From positions 139,376,001 to 139,440,000 of the forward strand of contig OZ024743.1 in assembly GCA_964016885.1 (NCBI GenBank): a stretch of 64,000 nt of DNA, written 5' to 3'. Source of the stretch: Eledone cirrhosa (lineage: Eukaryota). The notes under the pieces were generated by a model that ran no database searches, was not told where the DNA came from, and saw nothing but the letters and a program-made list of their open reading frames with translations. Positions 46,201-58,000 of this stretch are shown piece after piece; positions within the stretch are counted from its first letter, which is position 1, and each line of letters starts with the position of its first letter. A program made the translations under genes and the position numbers.

Positions 46201-48310
46201 TTGGTGTTTGCTGTTTGGTGTTTGGTGCTTGGTGTTTGGTGTTTGCTGTTTGGTGTTTGGTGTTTGCTGTTTGGTGTTTGGTGCTTGGTGCTTGGTGTTT
46301 CCTGTTTGCTGTTTGCTGTTTGGTGTTTGTTGTTTGGTGTTTGTTGATTGGTGTTTGCTGTTTGGTGCTTGGTGCTTGGTCTTTGGTGCTTGGTGTTTGG
46401 TGTTTGGTGCTTGGTGCTTTGTGTTTGGTGCTTGGTGATTAGTGTTTGGTGCTTGGTGCTTGGGGTTTGGTGTTTGGTGCTTGGTACTTGGTGTTTGGTG
46501 CTTGGTGTTTGGTGTTTGCTGTTTGGTGTTTGGTGTTTGGTGTTTGCTGTATGGTGTTTGCTGTTTCGTGTTTGGTGTTTGCTGTTTGGTGTTTGGTGTT
46601 TGCTGTTTGGTGTTTGGTCTTTGGTGCTTGGTGTTTGGTGCTTGGTGCTTGGTGTATGGTGTTTGGTGCTTGGTGTTTGGTGTTTGGTGCTTGGTGCTTG
46701 GTGCTTGGTGTTTGGTGTTTGGTGTTTGGTGCTTGGTGTCTGGTGCTTGGTGTTTGGTGTTTGGTGTTTGGTGCTTGGTGTTTGGTGTTTGGTGTTTGGT
46801 GTTTGGTGCTTGTTGCTTGGTACTTGGTGCTTGGTGTTTGGTGCTTGGTGCTTGGTGTTTGGTGCTGGGTGCTTGGTGTTTGGTGCTTGGTGCTTGGTGC
46901 TTGGTGTTTGGTGTTTGGTGCTTGGTGCTTGGTGCTTGGTGTTTGGTGTTTGGTGCTTGGTGTTTTATGCTTGGTGTTTGATATTTGGTGCTTGGTGCTT
47001 GGTGTTTGGTGCTTGGTGCTTGGTGTTTGTACTTGGTGCTTGGTGCTTGGTTCTTGGTGTTTGGTGCTTGGTGCTTGGTGCTTGGTGCTTGGTGTTTGGT
47101 GCTTGGTGTTTGGTGCTTGGTGTTTGGTGCTTGGTGCCTGGTGCTTGGTGCTTGGTGCTTGGTGTTTGGTGCTTGGTGTTTGGTGCTTGGTATTAGGTGT
47201 TTGGTGCTTGGTGCTTGGTGTTTGGTGTTTGGTGCTTGGTGTTTGGTGCTTGGTGCTTGGTGTTTGGTGTTTGGTGCTTGGTGTTTGGTGCTTGGTACTT
47301 GGTGCTTGGTGCTTGGTGTTAGGTGTTTGGTGCTTGGTGCTTGGTGTTTGGTTTTTGGTGCTTGGTGCTTGGTGTTCGGTGTTTGGTGCTTGCTGCTGGC
47401 TGCTTGGTGTTTGGTGCTTGGTGATTGGTGCTTGGTGTTTGGTGCTTGGTGTTTGGTGTTTGGTACTAGGTGCTTGGTGCTTGGTGTTTGGTGCTTGGTG
47501 CTTGGTGTTTGGTGTTTGGTGCTTGGTGCTTGGTGTTTGGTGCTTGGTGCTGGGTGCTGGGTGGTTGGTGTTTGGTGTTTGGTGTTTGGTGCTGGGTGCT
47601 TGGTGTTTGGTGCTTGGTGCTTGGTCTTTGGTGTTTGGTGTTTGGTGTTTGGTGCTTGGTGCTTGGTGCTTGGTGTTTGGTGCTTGGTGCTTGGTGTTTG
47701 GTGCTTGGTGCTTAGTGTTTGGTGCTAGGTGCTTGGGATTTGGTGTTTGGTGCTTGGTGCTTGGTGTTTGGTGCTTGGTGCTTGGTGTTTGGTGTTTGGT
47801 GCTTGGTGCTTGGTGTTTGGTGTTTGGTGTTTGCTGTTTGGTGTTTGGTGTTTGGTGTTTGCTGTTTGGTGTCTGCTTTTTGGTGTTTGGTGTTGGCTGT
47901 ATGTTATTTGCTGTTTGGTGTTTGGTGTTTGGTGTTTGTTGCTTGGTGCTTGGTGTTTGGTGTTTGGTGCTTGGTGCTTGGAGTTTGGTGTTTGGTGCTT
48001 GGTGCTTGGTGTTTTGTGTTTGGTGTTTGGTTTTTGGTGCTTGGTGCTTGGTGCTTGTTGCTTGGTCCTTGGTGTTTGGTGCTTGGTGCTTGGTGTTTGT
48101 ACTTGGTGCTTGGTGCTTGGTGTTTGGTTCTTGGTTCTTGGTGTTTGGTACTTGGTGCTTGGTGCTTGGTGCTTGGTGTTTGGTGTTTGGTGCTTGGTGT
48201 TTGGTGCTTGGTGCTTGGTGCTTGGTGTTAGGTGTTTGGTGCTTGGTGCTTGGTGTTTGGTGCTTGGTGTTTGGTGTTTGCTGTTTGGTGTTTGGTGCTT
48301 GGTGTTTGGT
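44270..48310 (+). repeat. Tandem duplication, unit 2070 bp
   Basis: ORF pairs 44278/46348, 44372/46442, 44915/46985 and 45649/47719 are all offset by 2070. Shared TTGATAT and TCGGTGT variants. Confidence 0.88.
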
Positions 48311-51300
48311 GTTTGCTGTTTGGTGTCTGCTTTTTGGTGTTTGGTGTTTGCTGTATGGTGTTTGCTGTTTCGTGTTTGGTGTTTGCTGTTTGGTGTTTGG
48401 TGTTTGCTGTTTGGTGTTTGGTCTTTGGTGCTTGGTGTTTGGTGCTTGGTGCTTGGTGTTTGTTGTTTGGTGATTGGTGCTTGGTGCTTCGTGTTTGGTG
48501 TTTGGTGCTTGGTGTCTGGAGCTTGGTGTTTGGTGTTTGGTGCTTGGTGTTTGGTGTTTGGTGCTTGGTGCTTGGTGTTTGGTGCTTGGTGCTTGGTGTT
48601 TGTACTTGGTGCTTGGTGCTTGGTGTTTGGTGCTTGGTTCTTGGTGTTTGGTGCTTGGTGTTTGGTGCTTGGTGCTTGGTGTTTGGTGCTTGGTGCTTTG
48701 TGTTTGGTGTTTGGTGCTTGGTGCTTGGTGCTTGGTGTTTGGTGTTTGGTGCTTGGTGCTTGGTGTTTGGTGTTTGGTTCTTGGTGCTTGATATTTGGTG
48801 CTTGGTGCTTGCTGCTTGGTGTTTGGTGCTTGGTGATTGCTGCTTGGTGTTTGATGCTTGGTGTTTGGTTTTTGGTGCTAGGTGCTTGGTGCTTGGTGTT
48901 TGGTGCTTGGTGTTTGGTGTTTGCTGCTTGGTGCTTGGGGCTTGGTGTTTGGTACTTGGTGCTTGGTGCTTGGTGTTTGGTGCTTGGTGCTTGGTGTATG
49001 GTGTTTGGTGTTTGGTGCTTGGTGTTTGGTGTTTGGTGCTTGGTGCTTGGTGTTTGTTGCTTGGTACTTGGTTCATGGTGTTTGGTGCTGGGTGCTTGGT
49101 GTTTGGTGCTTGGTGCTTGGTGTTTGGTGTTTGGTGCTTGGTGTTTGGTGTTTGGTGCTTGGTGCTTGGTGTTTGTTGCTTGGTACTTGGTGCATGGTGT
49201 TTGGTGCTGGGTGCTTGGTGTTTGGTGCTTGGTGTTTGGTGCTTGGTGCTTGGTGTTTGGTGTTTGGTGTTTGATGCTTGGTGTTTGATGCTTGGTGCTT
49301 GGTGCTTGGTGTTTGGTGCTTGGTGTTTGTACTTGGTGCTTGGTGTTTTGTGCTTGGTTCTTTGTGTTTGGTGTTTGGTGCTTGGTGCTTGGTGCTTGGT
49401 GTTAGGTGTTTGGTGCTTGGTGCTTGGTGTTTGGTGCTGGGTGCTTGGTGTTTGGTGCTTGGTGCTTGGTGCTTGGTGTTTGGTGTTTGGTGCTTGGTGC
49501 TTGGTGCTTGGTGTTTGGTGTTTGGTGCTTGGTGTTTTATGCTTGGTGTTTGATATTTGGTGCTTGGTGCTTGGTGTTTGGTGCTTGGTGCTTGGTGTTT
49601 GTACTTGGTGCTTGGTGCTTGGTTCTTGGTGTTTGGTGCTTGGTGCTTGGTGCTTGGTGCTTGGTGTTTGGTGCTTGGTGTTTGGTGCTTGGTGTTTGGT
49701 GCTTGGTGCCTGGTGCTTGGTGCTTGGTGCTTGGTGTTTGGTGCTTGGTGTTTGGTGCTTGGTATTAGGTGTTTGGTGCTTGGTGCTTGGTGTTTGGTGT
49801 TTGGTGCTTGGTGTTTGGTGCTTGGTGCTTGGTGTTTGGTGTTTGGTGCTTGGTGTTTGGTGCTTGGTACTTGGTGTTTGGTGCTTGGTGTTAGGTGTTT
49901 GGTGCTTGGTGCTTGGTGTTTGGTTTTTGGTGCTTGGTGCTTGGTGTTCGGTGTTTGGTGCTTGCTGCTGGCTGCTTGGTGTTTGGTGCTTGGTGATTGG
50001 TGCTTGGTGTTTGGTGCTTGGTGTTTGGTGTTTGGTACTAGGTGCTTGGTGCTTGGTGTTTGGTGCTTGGTGCTTGGTGTTTGGTGTTTGGTGCTTGGTG
50101 CTTGGTGTTTGGTGCTTGGTGCTGGGTGCTGGGTGGTTGGTGTTTGGTGTTTGGTGTTTGGTGCTGGGTGCTTGGTGTCTGGTGCTTGGTGCTTGGTCTT
50201 TGGTGTTTGGTGTTTGGTGTTTGGTGCTTGGTGCTTGGTGCTTGGTGTTTGGTGCTTGGTGCTTGGTGTTTGGTGCTTGGTGCTTAGTGTTTGGTGCTAG
50301 GTGCTTGGGGTTTGGTGTTTGGTGCTTGGTGCTTGGTGTTTGGTGCTTGGTGCTTGGTGTTTGGTGCTTGGTGCTTGGTGCTTGGTGTTTGGTGTTTGGT
50401 GTTTGCTGTTTGGTGTTTGGTGTTTGGTGTTTGCTGTTTGGTGTCTGCTTTTTGGTGTTTGGTGTTGGCTGTATGTTATTTGCTGTTTGGTGTTTGGTGT
50501 TTGGTGTTTGGTGCTTGGTGCTTGGTGTTTGGTGTTTGGTGCTTGGTGCTTGGAGTTTGGTGTTTGGTGCTTGGTGCTTGGTGTTTTGTGTTTGGTGTTT
50601 GGTTTTTGGTGCTTGGTGCTTGGTGCTTGTTGCTTGGTCCTTGGTGTTTGGTGCTTGGTGCTTGGTGTTTGTACTTGGTGCTTGGTGCTTGGTGTTTGGT
50701 TCTTGGTTCTTGGTGTTTGGTACTTGGTGCTTGGTGCTTGGTGCTTGGTGTTTGGTGTTTGGTGCTTGGTGTTTGGTGCTTGGTGCTTGGTGCTTGGTGT
50801 TAGGTGTTTGGTGCTTGGTGCTTGGTGTTTGGTGCTTGGTGTTTGGTGTTTGCTGTTTGGTGTTTGGTGCTTGGTGTTTGGTGTTTGCTGTTTGGTGTTT
50901 GGTGTTTGCTGTTTGGTGTTTGGTGCTTGGTGCTTGGTGTTTCCTGTTTGCTGTTTGCTGTTTGGTGTTTGTTGTTTGGTGTTTGTTGATTGGTGTTTGC
51001 TGTTTGGTGCTTGGTGCTTGGTCTTTGGTGCTTGGTGTTTGGTGTTTGGTGCTTGGTGCTTTGTGTTTGGTGCTTGGTGATTAGTGTTTGGTGCTTGGTG
51101 CTTGGGGTTTGGTGTTTGGTGCTTGGTACTTGGTGTTTGGTGCTTGGTGTTTGGTGTTTGCTGTTTGGTGTTTGGTGTTTGGTGTTTGCTGTATGGTGTT
51201 TGCTGTTTCGTGTTTGGTGTTTGCTGTTTGGTGTTTGGTGTTTGCTGTTTGGTGTTTGGTCTTTGGTGCTTGGTGTTTGGTGCTTGGTGCTTGGTGTATG

Positions 51301-54070
51301 GTGTTTGGTGCTTGGTGTTTGGTGTTTGGTGCTTGGTGCTTGGTGCTTGGTGTTTGGTGTTTGGTGTTTGGTGCTTGGTGTCTGGTGCTTGGTGTTTGGT
51401 GTTTGGTGTTTGGTGCTTGGTGTTTGGTGTTTGGTGTTTGGTGTTTGGTGCTTGTTGCTTGGTACTTGGTGCTTGGTGTTTGGTGCTTGGTGCTTGGTGT
51501 TTGGTGCTGGGTGCTTGGTGTTTGGTGCTTGGTGCTTGGTGCTTGGTGTTTGGTGTTTGGTGCTTGGTGCTTGGTGCTTGGTGTTTGGTGTTTGGTGCTT
51601 GGTGTTTTATGCTTGGTGTTTGATATTTGGTGCTTGGTGCTTGGTGTTTGGTGCTTGGTGCTTGGTGTTTGTACTTGGTGCTTGGTGCTTGGTTCTTGGT
51701 GTTTGGTGCTTGGTGCTTGGTGCTTGGTGCTTGGTGTTTGGTGCTTGGTGTTTGGTGCTTGGTGTTTGGTGCTTGGTGCCTGGTGCTTGGTGCTTGGTGC
51801 TTGGTGTTTGGTGCTTGGTGTTTGGTGCTTGGTATTAGGTGTTTGGTGCTTGGTGCTTGGTGTTTGGTGTTTGGTGCTTGGTGTTTGGTGCTTGGTGCTT
51901 GGTGTTTGGTGTTTGGTGCTTGGTGTTTGGTGCTTGGTACTTGGTGCTTGGTGCTTGGTGTTAGGTGTTTGGTGCTTGGTGCTTGGTGTTTGGTTTTTGG
52001 TGCTTGGTGCTTGGTGTTCGGTGTTTGGTGCTTGCTGCTGGCTGCTTGGTGTTTGGTGCTTGGTGATTGGTGCTTGGTGTTTGGTGCTTGGTGTTTGGTG
52101 TTTGGTACTAGGTGCTTGGTGCTTGGTGTTTGGTGCTTGGTGCTTGGTGTTTGGTGTTTGGTGCTTGGTGCTTGGTGTTTGGTGCTTGGTGCTGGGTGCT
52201 GGGTGGTTGGTGTTTGGTGTTTGGTGTTTGGTGCTGGGTGCTTGGTGTTTGGTGCTTGGTGCTTGGTCTTTGGTGTTTGGTGTTTGGTGTTTGGTGCTTG
52301 GTGCTTGGTGCTTGGTGTTTGGTGCTTGGTGCTTGGTGTTTGGTGCTTGGTGCTTAGTGTTTGGTGCTAGGTGCTTGGGATTTGGTGTTTGGTGCTTGGT
52401 GCTTGGTGTTTGGTGCTTGGTGCTTGGTGTTTGGTGTTTGGTGCTTGGTGCTTGGTGTTTGGTGTTTGGTGTTTGCTGTTTGGTGTTTGGTGTTTGGTGT
52501 TTGCTGTTTGGTGTCTGCTTTTTGGTGTTTGGTGTTGGCTGTATGTTATTTGCTGTTTGGTGTTTGGTGTTTGGTGTTTGTTGCTTGGTGCTTGGTGTTT
52601 GGTGTTTGGTGCTTGGTGCTTGGAGTTTGGTGTTTGGTGCTTGGTGCTTGGTGTTTTGTGTTTGGTGTTTGGTTTTTGGTGCTTGGTGCTTGGTGCTTGT
52701 TGCTTGGTCCTTGGTGTTTGGTGCTTGGTGCTTGGTGTTTGTACTTGGTGCTTGGTGCTTGGTGTTTGGTTCTTGGTTCTTGGTGTTTGGTACTTGGTGC
52801 TTGGTGCTTGGTGCTTGGTGTTTGGTGTTTGGTGCTTGGTGTTTGGTGCTTGGTGCTTGGTGCTTGGTGTTAGGTGTTTGGTGCTTGGTGCTTGGTGTTT
52901 GGTGCTTGGTGTTTGGTGTTTGCTGTTTGGTGTTTGGTGCTTGGTGTTTGGTGTTTGCTGTTTGGTGTCTGCTTTTTGGTGTTTGGTGTTTGCTGTATGG
53001 TGTTTGCTGTTTCGTGTTTGGTGTTTGCTGTTTGGTGTTTGGTGTTTGCTGTTTGGTGTTTGGTCTTTGGTGCTTGGTGTTTGGTGCTTGGTGCTTGGTG
53101 TTTGGTGTTTGGTGATTGGTGCTTGGTGCTTCGTGTTTGGTGTTTGGTGCTTGGTGTCTGGAGCTTGGTGTTTGGTGTTTGGTGCTTGGTGTTTGGTGTT
53201 TGGTGCTTGGTGCTTGGTGTTTGGTGCTTGGTGCTTGGTGTTTGTACTTGGTGCTTGGTGCTTGGTGTTTGGTGCTTGGTTCTTGGTGTTTGGTGCTTGG
53301 TGTTTGGTGCTTGGTGCTTGGTGTTTGGTGCTTGGTGCTTTGTGTTTGGTGTTTGGTGCTTGGTGCTTGGTGCTTGGTGTTTGGTGTTTGGTGCTTGGTG
53401 CTTGGTGTTTGGTGTTTGGTTCTTGGTGCTTGATATTTGGTGCTTGGTGCTTGCTGCTTGGTGTTTGGTGCTTGGTGATTGCTGCTTGGTGTTTGATGCT
53501 TGGTGTTTGGTTTTTGGTGCTAGGTGCTTGGTGCTTGGTGTTTGGTGCTTGGTGTTTGGTGTTTGCTGCTTGGTGCTTGGGGCTTGGTGTTTGGTACTTG
53601 GTGCTTGGTGCTTGGTGTTTGGTGCTTGGTGCTTGGTGTATGGTGTTTGGTGTTTGGTGCTTGGTGTTTGGTGTTTGGTGCTTGGTGCTTGGTGTTTGTT
53701 GCTTGGTACTTGGTTCATGGTGTTTGGTGCTGGGTGCTTGGTGTTTGGTGCTTGGTGCTTGGTGTTTGGTGTTTGGTGCTTGGTGTTTGGTGTTTGGTGC
53801 TTGGTGCTTGGTGTTTGTTGCTTGGTACTTGGTGCATGGTGTTTGGTGCTGGGTGCTTGGTGTTTGGTGCTTGGTGTTTGGTGCTTGGTGCTTGGTGTTT
53901 GGTGTTTGGTGTTTGATGCTTGGTGTTTGATGCTTGGTGCTTGGTGCTTGGTGTTTGGTGCTTGGTGTTTGTACTTGGTGCTTGGTGTTTTGTGCTTGGT
54001 TCTTTGTGTTTGGTGTTTGGTGCTTGGTGCTTGGTGCTTGGTGTTAGGTGTTTGGTGCTTGGTGCTTGGT
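44785..54070 (+). repeat. Higher-order tandem duplication, unit 4642 bp (junction ~49425)
   Basis: ORF pairs 44915/49557, 46442/51084, 47729/52371 and 48882/53524 are all offset by 4642. The variant TTGGGAT (~47733, ~52375) was seen only in these copies. Confidence 0.93.
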
Positions 54071-57000
54071 GTTTGGTGTTTGGTCCTTGGTGCTTGGTGT
54101 TTAGTGCTTGCTGCTTGGTGTTTGTTGTTTGGTGCTTTCTGCTTGCTGCTTGGCGTTTGGTGCTTTCTGCTTGCTGCTTGGCGTTTGGTGCTTGGTGCTA
54201 GGTGCTTGGTGTTTGGTGTTTGGTGTTTGATGCTTGGTGTTTGGTGCTTGGTGTTTGGTGTTTTGTGCTTGGTGCTTGGGGCTTGGTGTTTAGTGGTTGG
54301 TGCTTGGTGCTTGGTGTTTGGTGCTTGGTGCTTGGTGTTTGGTGTTTGGTGTTTGGTGCTTGGTGCTTGGTGTTTGGTGCTTGGTGCTTGGTGCTGGGTG
54401 GTTGGTATTTGGTGCTTGGTGCTTGGTGTTTGGTGCTTGGTGCTTGGTGCTTGGTGTTTGGTGCTTGGTGCTTGGTGCTTGGTCTTTGGTGCTTGGTGTT
54501 TGGTGCTTGGTGCTTGGTGCTTGGTGTTTGGTGCTTGGTGATTAGTGTTTGGTGCTTGGTGCTTGGGGTTTGGTGTTTGGTGCTTGGTACTTGGTGTTTG
54601 GTGCTTGGTTTTTGGTGTTTGCTGTTTGGTGTTTGGTGTTTGCTGTTTGCTGTTTGCTGTTTGCTTTTTGGTGTTTGGTGTTTGCTGTATGGTGTTTGCT
54701 GTTTGGTGTTTGGTGTTTGCTGTTTGGTGTTTGGTGTTTGCTGTTTGGTCTTTGGTGCTTGGTGTTTGGTGCTTGGTGCTTGGTGTTTGGTGTTTGGTGC
54801 TTGGTGCTTGGTGTTTGGTGTTTGTTGCTTGGTGCTTGGTGCTTGGTGTTTGGTGTTTGGTGTTTGGTGCTTGGTGTCTGGTGCTTGGTGTTTGGTGTTT
54901 GGTGTTTGGTGTTTGGTGTTTGGTGTTTGGTGCTTGGTGTTTGGTGTTTGGTGTTTGGTGCTTGGTGCTTGGTGTTTGTTGTTTGGTGCTTTCTGCTTGC
55001 TGCTTGGCGTTTGGTGCTTGGTGCTTGGTGCTTGCTGTTTGGTGTTTGGTGCTTGGTGCTTGGTGTTTGGTGTTTGGTGTTATATGCTTGGTGTTTGATG
55101 CTTGGTGCTTGGTGCTTGGTATTTGGTGTTTGGTGCTTGGTGTTTGTACTTGGTGCTTGGTTCTTGGTTCTTGGTGCTTGGTGCTTGGTGTTGGGTGCTT
55201 GGTGCTTGGTGTTTGGTGCTTGGTGTTTGGTGCTTGGTGTTTGGTGCTTGGTGCCTGGTGCTTGGTGCTTGGTGCTTGGTGTTTGGTGCTTGGTGTTTGG
55301 TGCTTGGTGTTAGGTGTTTGGTGCTTGGTGCTTGGTGTTTGGTGTTTGGTGCTTGGTGTTTGGTGCTTGGTGCTTGGTGTTTGGTGTTTGGTGCTTGGTG
55401 TTTGGTGCTTGGTACTTGGTGCTTGGTGCTTGGTGTTAGGTGTTTGGTGCTTGGTGCTTGGTATTTGGTGTTTGGTGCTTGCTGCTGGCTGCTTGGTGTT
55501 TGGTGCTTGGTGATTGGCGCTTGGTGTTTGGTGCTTGGTGTTTGGTGTTTGGTACTAGATGCTTGGTGTTTGGTGTTTGGTTCTTGGTGCTTGGTGTTTG
55601 GTGTTTGGTGTTTGGTGCTTGGTGCTTGGTGCTTGGTGCTGGGTGGTTGGTGTTTGGTGCTTGGTGATTAGTGTTTGGTGCTAGGTGCTTGGGGTTTGGT
55701 GTTTGGTGCTTGGTGCTTGGTGTTTTGTGTTTGGTGTTTGGTTTTTGGTGCTTGGTGCTTGGTGCTTGTTGCTTGGTCCTTGGTGTTTGGTGCTTGGTGC
55801 TTGGTGTTTGTACTTGGTGCTTGGTGCTTGGTGTTTGGTGCTTGGTGCTTGGTGTTTGGTGTTTGGTGCTTGGTGCTTGGTGTTTGGTGTTTGGTGTTTG
55901 CTGTTTGGTGTTTGGTGTTTGGTGTTTGCTGTTTGGTGTCTGCTTTTTGGTGTTTGGTGTTGGCTGTATGTTATTTGCTGTTTGGTGCTTGGTGTTTGGT
56001 GTTTGGTTCTTGGTGCTTGGTGTTTGGTGTTTGGTGCTTGGTGCTTGGTGTTTGTTGCTTGGTACTTGGTTCATGGTGTTTGGTGCTGGGTGCTTGGTGT
56101 TTGGTGCTTGGTGCTTGGTGTTTGGTGTTTGGTGCTTGGTGTTTGGTGTTTGGTGCTTGGTGCTTGGTGTTTGTTGCTTGGTACTTGGTGCATGGTGTTT
56201 GGTGCTGGGTGCTTGGTGTTTGGTGCTTGGTGTTTGGTGCTTGGTGCTTGGTGTTTGGTGTTTGGTGTTTGATGCTTGGTGTTTGATGCTTGGTGCTTGG
56301 TGCTTGGTGTTTTGTGCTTGGTTCTTTGTGTTTGGTGTTTGGTGCTTGGTGCTTGGTGCTTGGTGTTAGGTGTTTGGTGCTTGGTGCTTGGTGTTTGGTG
56401 TTTGGTCCTTGGTGCTTGGTGTTTAGTGCTTGGTGCTTGGTGTTTGTTGTTTGGTGCTTTCTGCTTGCTGCTTGGCGTTTTGTGCTTGGTGCTTGGTGCT
56501 TGGTGTTTGGTGTTTGGTGCTAGGTGCTTGGTGTTTGGTGTTTGGTGTTTGATGCTTGGTGTTTGGTGCTTGGTGTTTGGTGTTTTGTGCTTGGTGCTTG
56601 GGGCTTGGTGTTTAGTGCTTGGTGCTTGGTGCTTGGTGTTTGGTGCTTGGTGCTTGGTGTTACGTGTTTGGTGTTTGGTGCTTGGTGCTTGGTGTTTGGT
56701 GCTTGGTGCTTGGTGCTGGGTGGTTGGTATTTGGTGCTTGGTGCTTGGTGTTTGGTGCTTGGTGCTTGGTGCTTGGTGTTTGGTGCTTGGTGCTTGGTGC
56801 TTGGTCTTTGGTGCTTGGTGTTTGGTGCTTGGTGCTTGGTGCTTGGTGTTTGGTGCTTGGTGATTAGTGTTTGGTGCTTGGTGCTTGGGGTTTGGTGTTT
56901 GGTGTTTGGTACTTGGTGTTTGGTGCTTGGTGTTTGGTGTTTGCTGTTTGGTGTTTGGTGTTTGCTGTTTGCTGTTTGCTGTTTGCTTTTTGGTGTTTGG

Positions 57001-58000
57001 TGTTTGCTGTATGGTGTTTGCTGTTTGGTGTTTGGTGTTTGCTGTTTGGTGTTTGGTGTTTGCTGTTTGGTCTTTGGTGCTTGGTGTTTGGTGCTTGGTG
57101 CTTGGTGTTTGGTGTTTGGTGCTTGGTGCTTGGTGTTTGGTGTTTGTTGCTTGGTGCTTGGTGCTTGGTGTTTGGTGTTTGGTGTTTGGTGCTTGGTGTC
57201 TGGTGCTTGGTGTTTGGTGTTTGGTGTTTGGTGCTTGGTGTTTGGTGTTTGGTGTTTGGTGCTTGGTGCTTGGTGTTTGTTGTTTGGTGCTTTCTGCTTG
57301 CTGCTTGGCGTTTGGTGCTTGGTGCTTGGTGCTTGCTGTTTGGTGTTTGGTGCTTGGTGCTTGGTGTTTGGTGTTTGGTGTTATATGCTTGGTGTTTGAT
57401 GCTTGGTGCTTGGTGCTTGGTATTTGGTGTTTGGTGCTTGGTGTTTGTACTTGGTGCTTGGTTCTTGGTTCTTGGTGCTTGGTGCTTGGTGCTGGGTGCT
57501 TGGTGCTTGGTGTTTGGTGCTTGGTGTTTGGTGCTTGGTGTTTGGTGCTTGGTGCCTGGTGCTTGGTGCTTGGTGCTTGGTGTTTGGTGCTTGGTGTTTG
57601 GTGCTTGGTGTTAGGTGTTTGGTGCTTGGTGCTTGGTGTTTGGTGTTTGGTGCTTGGTGTTTGGTGCTTGGTGCTTGGTGTTTGGTGTTTGGTGCTTGGT
57701 GTTTGGTGCTTGGTACTTGGTGCTTGTTGCTTGGTGTTAGGTGTTTGGTGCTTGGTGCTTGGTGTTTGGTGTTTGGTGCTTGCTGCTGGCTGCTTGGTGT
57801 TTGGTGCTTGGTGATTGGCGCTTGGTGTTTGGTGCTTGGTGTTTGGTGTTTGGTACTAGGTGCTTGGTGTTTGGTGTTTGGTGCTTGGTGCTTGGTGTTT
57901 GGTGTTTGGTGTTTGGTGCTTGTTGCTTGGTGCTTGGTGCTGGGTGGTTGGTGTTTGGTGCTTGGTGATTAGTGTTTGGTGCTAGGTGCTTGGGGTTTGG
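53690..58000 (+). repeat. Diverged tandem duplication, unit ~2.3 kb
   Basis: ORF pairs 54202/56524, 54545/56867 (2322) and 55102/57403, 55440/57741 (2301). Confidence 0.8.
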
